Source: Phoronis australis | Taxonomy: Eukaryota > Animalia > Phoronida | DNA: 64,000 nucleotides | Assembly (NCBI GenBank): GCA_002633005.1 | Contig: NMRA01000310.1 | Span: forward strand, 458,889-522,888 | Direction of reading: 5' to 3' | In this document: positions 26,251 to 38,100 of the stretch, in pieces | Position numbering within the stretch: the stretch's first letter is position 1 | Layout of the letters: the number at the start of each line of letters is the position of its first letter | Made by a program: the position numbers and the translations under genes | The notes under the pieces: generated by a model | The model's database searches: none | What the model was told of the DNA's origin: nothing | The model's input: the letters and a program-made list of their open reading frames with translations, nothing else

Positions 26251-29200
26251 TGTGTGTGTGTGTCTGTGTGTCTGTGTAGACGCTCCACTTAAAGTGAGTC
26301 AAGTTACATTAGTACAAGCTGTTCTATGGTAAGTCTGCGTGTAGACGGTACTTAACACCAGAAACTCGCTAGTGAAAGCTAACAACTTTATGTGCATCAC
26401 TTAGAATGCATAAGTAACATTTAGAGAAAACTTGCATGATTTTCCAAACTTACAGAATGGTAATTGGTACTTACTCAACAACACTGCCACTTGGGGTCAC
26501 TGATGCATTGGTTACGCGTGGACTTGTCTTGGTCGGCGTGATGCCACTATCAACATCAGAATCTGCAAATACAACATAACAAGTGGTGACTTACAGTAAA
26601 TGCTAAGCATTTCAACAAACAAGCATAATTTTAATTTGTCTAATTTCTCAACAAAAACAAACTTGAGAAAGACTTAACTTTGCCATTAAAATGGCTTTTG
26701 GTGTTTTAAGTAAAAATTTTGTGTGTTTAAGAATGAAATCGGCCTTTGAGAAATGGATAAATTGCAAGTTTTGGCAATTATTTTTGTGCGCAACTAGAGA
26801 GACAATGCCACACTCTTGAAAATCATTTGTCTGCATAAGAAAATTGAAACATGGCAAAATCTGGCCAAAGTACAAAAAATGCCCGTTTTTAGCGAATTCT
26901 AGCATTGTCCTGTACGTCTACAATTTTTCAAAATATTGTCAGGTAGAAGCTATGCAGTGCGTAAAATCCCTGAGTCAGACAATCAGATTTCTTCTTACGG
27001 CCACGAGTCATTTGAAACGGAATTCTTTGGTCCAGTTCAAAAGTTGGTTTTGATCCTGAAACACATCACCTTGCCATAGTCCCAATGACACTACAGTGCT
27101 AAGAACATCCATTCCACGACAATACTCAGTACTATACTATTCACAGTTCCTTCCTTAACAGAATTTGTTGAATACATGTCAATAACGCTTGTTAACTTAA
27201 AACATACTAGCTCAAATTCTCTTTACATCCGTTGGTTTTCCAAGAATAGGTAAATGACCTAAGGACATAACAAGATGATAGAACTTTATATTTCTTTCAA
27301 GACTGATCACGTCTCACCTTCCGGTGGAAATACAATGAGACAAGCCTAATACATTTACGACAAAAGATTCCAAAATCAATACTGTAATTTTACTGGTTTA
27401 ACCTATAGTTTTGAAGATATTTGTCTAAACGCACAGAATTGCAGCTATTCTAAACAATCTCAGCTTTCCATAATGGATGGAGAAACAGTTCATTAAGTAC
27501 TGAACTATACATCATTGTCCTTCAACTCACCTCTTGCATACTGGTGACTCTGGTCATCTAATGAGTCCATAAATTCACTGACGCCGAAATCAATAGCAGA
27601 CGAATGAGCGTCCAAATCAACTGCGCTATCCAGCGACTCTGGACTTTTCACACGGCTCGACGTAAGACGGTGATTGTTCACTAGTGAGTCTCTGTGGTCG
27701 TTTCTGACCAGAGGGGTACTAGTGGTCAGCCGTGATCCGCTGGAGAATTTCTTCCTCAGTTCACTGATGGTGGCATTCGGGCTGTTCATTTTTCCACCTC
27801 CGGATGGCGGTCGCTTTAACTGCACTGGAGCCGTATCATCCTCTAACAATAATCTGAAGTTGAGCTGGTTTTGTCGTAATCTCTCCTTGAGCGATTTTGA
27901 ATCTCGTTTTGGTGTGTCCGACCACATCGTCCTATTATCCGATTGCAACCGGTCGCTACAACCATTCATTTGTGGCGAGTGTCCATTGGACAGTCTCCTC
28001 TCACTTATCGATTTATTGATTGATACAGACCTGCTGCCAATGCTAGATGTGTTGGATGAGAGATGAGATTGCTTGGACAAATCACCATCATCATCATCAG
28101 TAGCAGTCATTGATCTAATTCCCAGCCTGGGTTTATTGCAATACTCATCAATTAAGACAGACGTGCTCCCAGGACTGGGCTTCATGTGAGACTTTGTCTC
28201 ATCAACAGAAACACGCCTGTTCCCAATCCTGCTACTGGGCCTGTTTAATAAGTCATTAATAAACGGTGACTTGCTGCTGTTGAAATTTTTCAACTTTGAC
28301 AGCAACTGCTCGGTCCGCGATGGAGGTCGCTGCTCTCTACATACTTTATCATGCACAACGGTGCTGCCACCACTTAGGACATTGACTACACTAGCTGGAC
28401 GAGACAATTTGTGTACTGGCGTGTGTCGACCATGCTGTGCGTGACCCATACTGGACAAAGGTCGAGGTGGTACACCCTGACCACTGTCGGACCTCTTGAA
28501 CGCATTTGGATACTTCTGCCTTAGCTGGTCATAGAATGGCGTAGTCAGCCTTGGGTACTCATGCTGTGCGTCCACCTGTAGGATAAAGGAGTTGTCAGTT
28601 ATTAGATGGGGCTTATACTGCAGTACAACAACTATTATCACTTTGTCAATACGTAGTGTTACCAGGGCTTGGAATGACCAATGAAAAATTTCCAGGCCAT
28701 GCATCGTTTGTGTGAACGAAATATTTTTGTGATGTAAAATTTTACTGAAGTAAAAGTTTTTGCATGAACAAAGCCAAACTAATGATGAAAAAGAAACAAA
28801 GAGGAAATTGGAAATCAAGAAGAAAACATCGAAACCAAAAAAAGAGGAAAACCCCTTAAAAAGGAAAATTCCCTGTATTATGGTACAACTTCCTCACATT
28901 CAAACAAAAACAAAAATTTGCTGAAAATGTCAAAAATTTCATCCTATCAAATTTCAGCCTATCGACAACAGCTGTGCAGAATAAATAGGGCAGATGATGA
29001 AGTAAATTTTGTAAACCAAGGAAGTCACGGCAGAATTCAAATTTGTTTCCGCAACAAGTCAAATCAGGTTAAGGAGAAGTTGGTCATTCACATTTAAGTG
29101 TAGCTCCACTCAATATCACCTCTGAATTGGTTATGTGTGAAAGGATACCACATCCTATCATAAGCACCAATGAAGGAGTTTTATAAATTAAAAATTCAAC

Positions 29201-31833
29201 TTTCTTGAAGGATTGTAACTACAAATGCAGAAATTGAATTTTAATTTCGTGTACCTAGACATATGTGACTAACTTGAATTTTAACACCTTTGGACAGCCT
29301 CTAATCACAAGATTGGTTAACATTAACTCAACAAGAGGACAGTCAAGTACACTCAGTAAGTTACAGAGATAAACACATCAATGACAGAATTGACAGCATG
29401 TTTATTGATTGAATGGATTACTTCAGGATAATCTAGCTGAATACACAGCCAGTGGTTATACTGTTCACACTTGGGGTACTGTACTACCATACACAGGCAA
29501 TGGTTACGCTATTCACACTTGGGGTACTGTACTACCATACACAGGCAGTGGTTATACTATTCAGATTTGGGTACTGTACTACCACACACAGGCAGTGGCT
29601 ATACTATTCAGATTTGGGTACTGTACTACCATAACACACCTTCAGTCAGTCTGTTGAATTATACTACTCACACTTCAGAACTACCGTAATTCTTTTTTTT
29701 AACATAGAATATGGCTCAAGTCAGCGCTTGATACGACCTCAGATTGTGTTTGGCTATCTGGGAAAAATTCTTAGTCGTGATGAGGTCGCCACTGCAAGTA
29801 TCAAACTCAGACAATATTTCCCTCTAAATTCGTTTCAAGGTTTGTGTTGACTTCCAAACTTGAAATTAGTAACAGTTTTCCTAGATTTATTATCTTTGAT
29901 TCACAATTGTTCTGTTTATTTCGTGAATTAAAACACATTTGCCACCACATTCAAATTACCACAGAGAGAAGACAGAATTGTTTGGCAAAAATCAGGCAAA
30001 ATCGGCCATGCAGTCGTCTGCATACCATGCTCGTCTGCCAGTCCTGTCGTCATTTGCTCAATGAAAATTTACATCGACCAGGAAATCTCATTCGTCTGCA
30101 GTTTTGGCGACCTCAGATTTCGTTTGGCAACCTCGGATATTTGCCAGGTGAAATTCTACTAACCAAATTTTTTCACAATTAAAGTAGATTGAAAATTTTA
30201 GTCTATTATTAGCATGGTTTGTAAGTTGTGTAAATGTCATCATACAATTTTTGTAAATTTTCCATTATTTGCAGTAATCAGCCTTTGAAAAATGGAAAAA
30301 GGACAATTTTGACAATTATTTTTGAGCTAAATAAAAAGAACTAATATGATCTGTGTATAACACATTTATTCGTGAAGTTCATTCGAAAGTTACTGATCAT
30401 TGCCATCATACAGGACCACATTACAACTTCTTTCACCCTCTAACAAGCACTGGTCAATGATCCTATGTCTTTAATCCAATCACAGATCGAATAATCAGCT
30501 TCACCTATTGATGATTTAGGAAACCCCACATCAGGTCCTAGTCTCACATCAACCACCTATTACCAAAAATTCCGCCTAGATCTGCTCTCAGTCTGTATGT
30601 AATGCTATTACTGCAGGTGGTAGCTTGGTAATTTCTTACAACTGAAAGTTATCTCCATAATTCGAGTATGCCTTTTAAATGAAAATAGATGAATGTAGTA
30701 CCGTGAAGCTCATGTGAAATCAGACGTCCCTATCAATAAACTTTTGTGATTAAAATTACTTCCAATCCCAAGAACAGAGTGTTGTACTTGATCACATGCA
30801 AAAATATCTGAAAGCCTTTTTTGGTACAATGTGCATGACTTTATTCCTGTCATTTCGCATTCCCTAAGCACTGCACTACAGTAGAGTACTAGTGCACAGA
30901 GTTGTGTTGGTGTATTCTCACACCAAACCTGTTCCCGATGAATTTTTAGATTTTATTTAATGATTAATAAAGCAAAACAGCTGAGCACTCCCAAACATGA
31001 ACATTGCCCCTCCGTACCACTCCCAAACATGAGCAACATCCCTCCGTACCGCTCCCAAATATGAGAATGGACCTTCCACAAACTGTCCGATGACAGCCAC
31101 ATTTTCTTGCGGCTCAAGGTCACAACGTATTTTGGTCACCTAACCAAAACTAGCCTAGTAATTTAAAAATTATTTCTAATCAATTATTCACAGGAACCCG
31201 ATTCCATGATGTCACACCTATTGCTTTGTAGGCCTATACTTTATTTGTTAATACTAGGTTAATACTCACTAAATACAGGGCCATATTGGAGTCCCAAGAT
31301 TGTGAGAACCACTTTTCTCCATTGAATAATGGACAAGAAACTGGCTCTCAAAATTTGAGACCCCCTGTAGGCCTATGTGACTATTGCGCTTTATGTTTTC
31401 AATCAAAAAGTATATCAGATGAGCACTCCCATTACTGCCACAGGTCGTCTATGCCTTCGGCGTCAGGCAGTACACTGACTGATATGAGTTATGATACGTC
31501 ATTGATCTCATGCTGATCACTCACCGAGTTTCTTGCAGAATTGGACATTAGGCGACTCACTTCATCTTCTGTATCTTGGTCATCTGATCCAATATAGGAG
31601 TCCACCAAAAAACCGTTCTGCGCAACGAGTCCATTACCGCAGGATCCACGATTCTCTAGGCCAGAATTTTGACAAGGCAAGTCTGTTCGATCGTTGCAAT
31701 TTAACAGGTGTTTTCCCATTGAATGAATGATATCGTCCAAACTCGGATCGTTTTCCCCATTAATACCACTACCACCACCTCCTGAGTCACTCTGCGGTTT
31801 TCCAAAACCGTCCCTGCAATGGACAACATCCAT
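14012..31833 (-). CDS. KIAA1614: KIAA1614-like protein (~1099 aa, Ser/Pro/Lys-rich low complexity, C-terminal PAR6-like PDZ domain), 8 coding exons
   Basis: Minus-strand exons 31833-31525, 28575-27531, 26562-26475, 19557-18385, 18131-17978, 16460-16330, 15675-15476, 14211-14012; all GT-AG, phases 0,1,2,2,0,2,1 are consistent; total 3300 nt. C-terminus NDVEPPRNARAIGRLVTLNSDGTQVVELVKPPHGPFGFYIARG...GIFISRL...LLGLGDEILEVNG is a PAR6-type PDZ without PB1/CRIB and resembles, from memory, the vertebrate KIAA1614 C-terminus. Orthology is inferred, not searched. Confidence 0.75.
15476..15675 (-). CDS. KIAA1614: KIAA1614-like exon 7 (PDZ first half)
   Basis: KLRRSPSAGS...PFGFYIARGNAQFNH; the only nearby acceptor found that fits the phase. 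Confidence 0.8.
16330..16460 (-). CDS. KIAA1614: KIAA1614-like exon 6
   Basis: SSSGIPKLAKSPSLRSLKLSFRKK...; GT-AG, phase 0 to 2. Confidence 0.75.
16615..16712 (-). mobile_element. tRNA-derived SINE head (degenerate)
   Basis: Minus strand: A-box-like GTGGCACCTAGTG, B-box GGTTCAAGTCC, followed by ACCCTTGAGTCAGGTC resembling a SINE central domain; no intact cloverleaf. Confidence 0.55.
17978..18131 (-). CDS. KIAA1614: KIAA1614-like exon 5
   Basis: SSMTNLESSKE...SLDRIDNKKK; alternative in-frame acceptor 6 nt inside is possible. Confidence 0.75.
18385..19557 (-). CDS. KIAA1614: KIAA1614-like exon 4 (1173 nt, disordered)
   Basis: Contains the 366-aa ORF; GT-AG, phase 2 to 2. Confidence 0.85.
20460..21125 (-). 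mobile_element. Penelope-like retroelement 3' remnant (GIY-YIG endonuclease pseudogene)
   Basis: IIYYKNIKTSNLVMRNN...NVVYEFTC...YIGHTVCSLSRRLSMH...KDHF...H..., then a frameshift, then RTLESLLIMFEKPSLNEQ; typical Penelope GIY-YIG motifs; no RT. Confidence 0.8.
21788..23391. repeat. 1.6-kb near-identical duplicate, copy 1 (ends at N-gap)
   Basis: Matches 23609-25207 with scattered substitutions and small indels. Confidence 0.9.
23392..23608. other. Assembly gap (N run)
   Basis: Run of N. Confidence 1.
23609..25207. repeat. 1.6-kb near-identical duplicate, copy 2 (starts at N-gap)
   Basis: Matches 21788-23391. Confidence 0.9.
25517..26210. other. Assembly gap (N run)
   Basis: Run of N, adjacent to a (TG)n tract. 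Confidence 1.
26211..26277. repeat. (TG)n microsatellite
   Basis: Directly visible. Confidence 0.95.
26475..26562 (-). CDS. KIAA1614: KIAA1614-like exon 3 (SDVDSGITPTKTSPRVTNASVTPSGSVV)
   Basis: 88 nt; bridges phase 1 to phase 2 exactly; cag| ... |gtaagt. Confidence 0.75.
27531..28575 (-). CDS. KIAA1614: KIAA1614-like exon 2 (1045 nt, disordered)
   Basis: Inside the 437-aa ORF; cag|GTG ... G|gtgagt. Confidence 0.85.
28663..28875. mobile_element. MITE family B copy (reverse, right end degenerate)
   Basis: CAGGGCTTGGAATGACCAATG...; internal similarity to other copies. Confidence 0.6.
29441..29632. repeat. 47-48-bp minisatellite x4
   Basis: Units start at 29441, 29489, 29537, 29584 (ACACAGGCAGTGGTTATACTATTCA...GGGTACTGTACTACC). 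Confidence 0.9.
31273..31370. mobile_element. MITE family A copy (reverse, degenerate)
   Basis: GAGAACCACTTTTCTCCATTGAATAA...AAACTGGCTCTCAAAA. Confidence 0.6.
31525..31833 (-). CDS. KIAA1614: KIAA1614-like exon 1 (MDVVHCRDGFGK...SARNS)
   Basis: ATG at 31833; donor gtgagt, phase 0. Confidence 0.7.
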
Positions 31834-32091
31834 CTTATGGATGAAAGTGGACGGAATACAAATAAAGCACCGTTGTTTACATTGGTCCTACATCTTTTGT
31901 ATTTTACGGTTGAGGATAAACCTGTGTAGACGTCATAGGCCAGAAATGATGACGTTTTACTACAAAATTTTATCAGCTGTCAGAGGTCGCTATAAGTTTT
32001 GTAAACCTCTTCGAACTTGTTTGTGTTCTTTTTGTCTTAAAATTGCGAATCGCGACCTCAGATTTTGTTCAAGTTATGGTTATTTGAAACC
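31834..32091. promoter_or_regulatory. Putative bidirectional promoter / 5'UTRs between KIAA1614-like and XPR1
   Basis: Only 258 bp separate the divergent start codons; CRE-like GACGTCA (31929-31935) and TGACGT (31950-31955). Function is inferred. Confidence 0.55.
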
Positions 32092-32160
32092 ATGAAGTTT
32101 GCGGAGCATTTGTCTGCGCATATCACGCCTGAATGGCGCACCCAATACATTCAATATGAG
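32092..32160 (+). CDS. XPR1: XPR1 exon 1 ([23 protein letters not shown])
   Basis: Canonical SPX N-terminus; GAG|gtgagt. Confidence 0.95.
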
Positions 32161-35100
32161 GTGAGTTTCGTGATGTTTTGCAAATGTTTTCAATCAATGG
32201 CTTGACCATTGACCCTTGAACTCCACGGCACTCTGGCTATCAACTGCTAATTGTTGATGATTTTTCCGCTAAAGTCTGCCGAAACGTTCCTGAGACATTG
32301 GTGCCCTTCATCTAGGCATGTAATTCAACCGAAACTGATAAAAACCAAACAGATTAACGCCTATTGACAGTAAGACTCAGTAACTGATTACAGAAATACC
32401 TAGGGTTAATATATAGACCACTAGTAAAAGGCGGATTAAATTCATTATATAACAAATCTCCCTTCTTTTCAGTGTTAACTCAATTCCATTTGTCTCTTCC
32501 TCTACTCTTAAGAAATATCCACTTGCCCAACCGGTGTCGAACGGGCCTCTGGCATCATGCTAACCTTGGTGCAAAGCTGCCAAAGCTGTATACAGGGCTT
32601 TATCCAGNCCCCCCCCCAAACACACACAGTGAGATTTTTTTTGCAATTAAAAAATGCGTTGAACAAGGCTTTTGCACCTAAGTTTACAAAACAGCTCCCT
32701 TGTATTGGGCTTTTTTAAGTACTAAAAAAACTGTTGATCAAGACTTTTATGTCTAAATTTACGAAAACAGCCAAATAGCTTACCAAACAGGTATTACAGA
32801 TATTACAGATATTGGTTGAACGATGAGTACACTGTTTTTGGTCATCTCAAGTCAAATTCTGTTATAAAGTTTATTATATCAACTTCACTAGCTTTATATT
32901 TTGTACAATGAGTCATCAAAGCTGCAATTACCAACAAAAGAAAAATGCACAGATGATGTGTGGTTTATATTTTGGCAACGGGTGTCACTGCTGCTCCATT
33001 TTAGACGCACATAGAAAAGCATGAAACAGGAGAAAACTCAAACATTTTAAATGGGGATATTCTTGCGCCACATCATATTGTTAAAATAATGACATTTATT
33101 TCGCTTTTGAAGTTTTAAAAAAAAATGAAGAACATGAAACAGCTCTGAAACACCAGTTTGGAGTTAAGCAAGGTTCATGTCCCTATATAAAGTACAGAAT
33201 TGCAGTGGCATATGACTCTACTGAAAGCAGATACTCTGGCAACCAACCACCAGGTCTCCCAAAAATAGTTTGAATATTGCAACATTTTAAATACTTTGTA
33301 TATTTCTTTCTGAGTTGAAAGGGACAACTTCTCTCTTTGATTAACTGGGAGTCTTAGTAATCTTACAATGTGGGTGTCCAAACTTGAGAAATTCTGATTG
33401 ATAGGATGTCCAAATGATACATTGGGTGTCCTTGCCAGGGGGTCTACATTAGTGCCAAATGGACGCCCAGGACATACGCCCAGGACATACGCTGCATGAA
33501 GGCCTGGCTGTATATAGCTAGCCAGCTAGCTGTATAATTATAAAGACTATCGTCAAAATACAGCTAGGTGCCACTGTGTGTTTTTCTTGCATAGACTCCG
33601 AAATTGCGCACAGCCAGTGTAGTTCTTTTTGTCAACTCGCTTTGAAACTTGTATCAACATGTAGAGCTAAAGACCGGACAGGATGCATGCAAAATCTGGG
33701 AATCAAACGATACTCACCTTGCCCGTTACAACCGTTTAAGTGGAAAACAATCTAATATATGTCATTTTCTTGCGTAATCCTCCGCCTTTTCTAACAAAGA
33801 AAAGTTATGTCATGGTATTGAAAACAGTACACTCATGAAACGCGCACGTGCCATTTCCAAAATTTTTGCGACACATCTCTTGGGAGATGATGATAGCTTG
33901 GCAGCAGCAAAATTTCTTCTGAAATTCGGTTTTTCGGTATCAAAATTCTAAAAACTTATAACCAGTTTCGATAATTTGTTGTGATGTGTACCCAACCTCG
34001 TGGAGGAACAACAGTTGATTGAAGAATCGCCGAAAAAAGAAACTGGCCAATAGGTGACGCAATATTTCTCGGCACGGAAAGCCGTCGCTAAAGATCGCTC
34101 CACAACTTAAGCGGGAGAATAACAGTAGAACACCATTTTTTCCAACACCGTTAAATAATCCAGTTTACTCAAGGAAGACTGTAGTTTTTAATGACACTAA
34201 TTTTGTGTCAGATTTTATCATACCACTTTTTTACCCACATTGGCGCAAAGCTGTAGTATACAGCTTTGTAGCAAGGCTAAGATGTATACTACTTTGATGA
34301 TAGTCTTTATATAGCTTGCTGGCTGGGTTGCATCATGCAAGACAATCAAGCCTCCAAACCGATCTGTTGTGTGTGAACTTGGAATCCTGCTTCATCTCAA
34401 GATCGCATATGCGTAAACTTAGAACTGAATATTCATTAAGGCAATCATGAGATTTTTTGTTCAGTTTAAAGAGTTTTTGTAATTATTTTCTCCTTTACTG
34501 TAATTTGTGTCACAGAATTGGAGGAATATGTGAATGGTTAAATCAGTTAATGTTTGGTGAACAAGACTGCCAATAGTTGAAAAAAGGTTGGTTAAAATTT
34601 AGATTATTTTGTTAACATGTAATTGATATAGCATAGTGCAAATTTTTATGAACATAAACGTGATTGTTTGAGTGAAAGTGTCAAGTTTCCTTGCGTATTC
34701 CAAGTTCACGCATTCGCAATCTTGAGATCATGCGCAGTTCACGCACAGCATATCAACCATTGGCCATTAGCGTTGATTAGCAATGGATTCGGAGAGGGGT
34801 TTATGTGACTTGTACGTCACACCCGCGACTGGAAATTTGAGGGTGCGGGGTGGGCTGTGTAAACAATCAATGAACTGATTATGCCCTCGTGTTGTACATT
34901 AACTGCAAATCTGTGAGATCATCTGCACACAGCTAGATGCTTCAAAGGTGTTAAAGGGGAAACCAACTGTTTTTACTTTTCCTAAGAAAAATGCAAATCC
35001 CTGGTCATCATCTAACGATTTTTTTCTGTGTTAATTGCTGCTTCCCTGCCCTGGCATGGTCTCTCTATGCATGTGACATGTATTGTATAAAAGTTATCGG

Positions 35101-38100
35101 TACCAAGACTGTGACCTTAAATGAGTGAGTCGAGCGTTCAAACTATTCAGTCAAGGCAATTCCCATTGGCAAGTGATTTCAGCACACCTGCTCACTTGAG
35201 GAGAAAGGTGCCTATGTTTGCCAAAATTAACATGTTGCAGAATTGATTCTAACCTTGACGGGAATTTTTTAATCATTGGAGTGGAATATTTGGGACTGAT
35301 AAGAGGAATTTCATGTGATTTTTAAATATTTTTCATATGGGAATAGGGTTGATATTCAGCCCCAAAATCAAAAATCGAGGTATGGAGGGACTTAGATTTG
35401 GGGAGGTTTTACTCGACTGTGCATAGCAACTGGAACCAGAAATTCACAACATTCCTTTCTGTTGTGCGAAGTGAGAGGCACCATTGCCTGCTGGCTGTAA
35501 ATCTCATCATACCATATGCGGAGTGGATAGAAAGTTTATTGGCAACGACCACTGTATGAATTTTGTAGATTGAGCGATCTTTCGGCGCTGATATGTGTGA
35601 AAGAGTCTCTGTTTTAAGAAATGTGTGGTAACTAGAACGATGGAAGCTATCGATAAACACCGCAAATTGTAAAGTTCTGTATGCATTGTTCCACCAGATT
35701 CTTATGAAAACGGATTCAATTCAGAGCATATATTTATCGTTAGCTACTGCCTGGGCTTTATACTGAAGAATTATTTCTTAATCGTATTTCTTCACACAGA
35801 AGGATGTTGGTAAATTTGGCGATGATATTGTTGAAAAGTGTAATGTTATTTAACCTTTTTGTACTTTTAATGCAGTGCAGTGTTTATCTAACCTGAATTA
35901 CAAGTCACCAACATTTGTGCAACGGTAATTTAAAATTGAGCATACGCGGCGGTTGTCTCAGTAATTCGTTATTCACTTTTTGTACTGTTGGCTCACTAAT
36001 GTACTTGAGATGTACATGCACTTTGCTTCCTTTCCTTACATCTCTTGCACAGTTTGTCAACATTAGTGAAATCGGCGTGCAAAATCTCGGGATTGTCAAA
36101 GTGCAGCATACTTTCAGCCTTCACCATGTGCTCCGCCAGCTCATTATAGTTGTAATTTATTTCTGTGTGTTCATTGTATTAATTTACACATCAACTTTTA
36201 TGCATTTGATTTATTTTGTAGCAAATGAAAGATATGCTGTATGAGGTCACAGAGCAGGCTCCGTCACCAGAAGACAGTGATCCTAGTGTTGTCCAGCGAT
36301 ACTTTGCTCGTTTCTTTGAAGAATTCTTTCAATTCTGTGACAAGGAGCTCACCAAAATCAACACATTCTTCTCTGGTAGGTATACAGATGACTTACTCCA
36401 TGCATCTGGGGTCTAAGTCAGACATCAAGGAATCATGTGGCCCAATGGGATAAGTATCCACATCAATCTTTAGTCAAAAATTTACTCTTACACTCCTCAC
36501 AACTATTTTTGAAAAATAATTAAATCTCACTGTTAGCAAAAATACAAAATCTTGGAAAATATACCCATAACTTCTAGTTTCTGAGATGACTTGTATAAAT
36601 CATTTCTTGGTTGTGGTTAGCTAGTAATTGCGCGGCTCAACTTTCATTCAGTAATAGTGAAGTGGGAATGTAACACAAAATCTCTGTGTTAAGTCTTGAA
36701 GTCACATTGATAAGTTAAGTGCAAGCCTTCCCTCATCACCAACAATGAAGGTATATTAACAAGAAAGCTGGTAAGGTGTCTAAGCCATGCTGTAATTATA
36801 ATTTTCCTGCCATAAATAATAGTCATTTCCAGTCATTTTGTTGTTGACACATTTAGTTGTCATGATGGTGGTTAATGGTATTTTGTCTGAATTCTTTTGT
36901 CTTGTACTGTTATATCTGTAAAACAAATGGTCACTTTCTGGGAGAAACATTGACTTTGTGCTTTAACTCGGGAAACATTCTTACTGTACAATGTTAAGAG
37001 GACATGAAACTATTACCTTGAATTAATTATTCTTATCGTGTGAGGTATAAGTTTTACTAATTGTTCTTTTTAGAAAAGCTTGCAGAAGCGCAAAGGAAAT
37101 ATGCCTCTCTTCAAGCGGAGTTGGATACTGCCAAAACGATCGAAACGAAAAAGACATTTCCACGTTTACGGAAAGTCAAAGGAGTATTATCTAAAGACAG
37201 TGAGAGGAAGATAACAACGCTACATGCTCGAAAAATTCATGACATTAAACTGGCATTCAGCGAATTCTATCTTAGTCTCATACTGTTACAGAACTATCAA
37301 ACTCTCAACTTCACAGGATTTAGGAAAATACTGAAAAAGCACGATAAGGTTAGAGGTGTCCTGTTTTGTATTTCAGCTTATAACGATCATTTCATGAATA
37401 CTGAGATATCTTCCTCTTAGAATGCTCAATTTAGCCCATGCAGGTTGTAGTTTCGTTAGCACCTTCAGTTTTTCTTAAATTTAAGTAATGTGATCTCCAT
37501 AGTAATACCCATGCCCCCAACACTTATTGGTCTTTGCGGCAATAAGTATTCACTCTCATTTCATATGAAGTATATAAAGCAACTTAATGAAAAAAGGTTA
37601 AAGGGTCACGTAGCTCTAATTAGGTTAAGCTGAAGTCACAAACTTTGACCTTTAATTAACCAAGTTAAGACTGGTGAGTCTTCCCATTGAACCAGCCGGT
37701 GGCCTCCATTTGGTTCATGGTGTTGTCTCGCGTAATTAGGAACGCTAACTAGCTGTATTGAAAACCAAAAGAAAGGGTTCCACGCCAAGACATGAACCAA
37801 TGTAATGGTAGACAAAAGACGGCGCTTGGCGCTTAGAGTTTTAACGTATTAGCTTAGCACAGGTTACATGTGTGATAGAATTGCTTTTTATAGTCAACTG
37901 TGGTTTGGAATGGCAAGTTGTTGATTCCCAAACATTTCTGAGCAGTGACAGCCACAGATGTTTGTCACTTTTTAGCAGCAGAGCTCTTATTAATGGGGAA
38001 TTCAGTAATTACTCGAATACAGTGACTAATTATGATGTTGTAGTGTTATGTACATTCAGTGTTGTCCAAAACAGAAGATTCAATCTGGACTGGAACTATA

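Noticed and set aside
23261-26332. Long ORFs (up to 360 aa) in the ORF track
   Set aside because: They run through N-gaps and a (TG)n tract.
29441-29632. Repetitive ORFs in three frames / possible CRISPR
   Set aside because: Simple 47-48-bp intronic minisatellite with no unique spacers.
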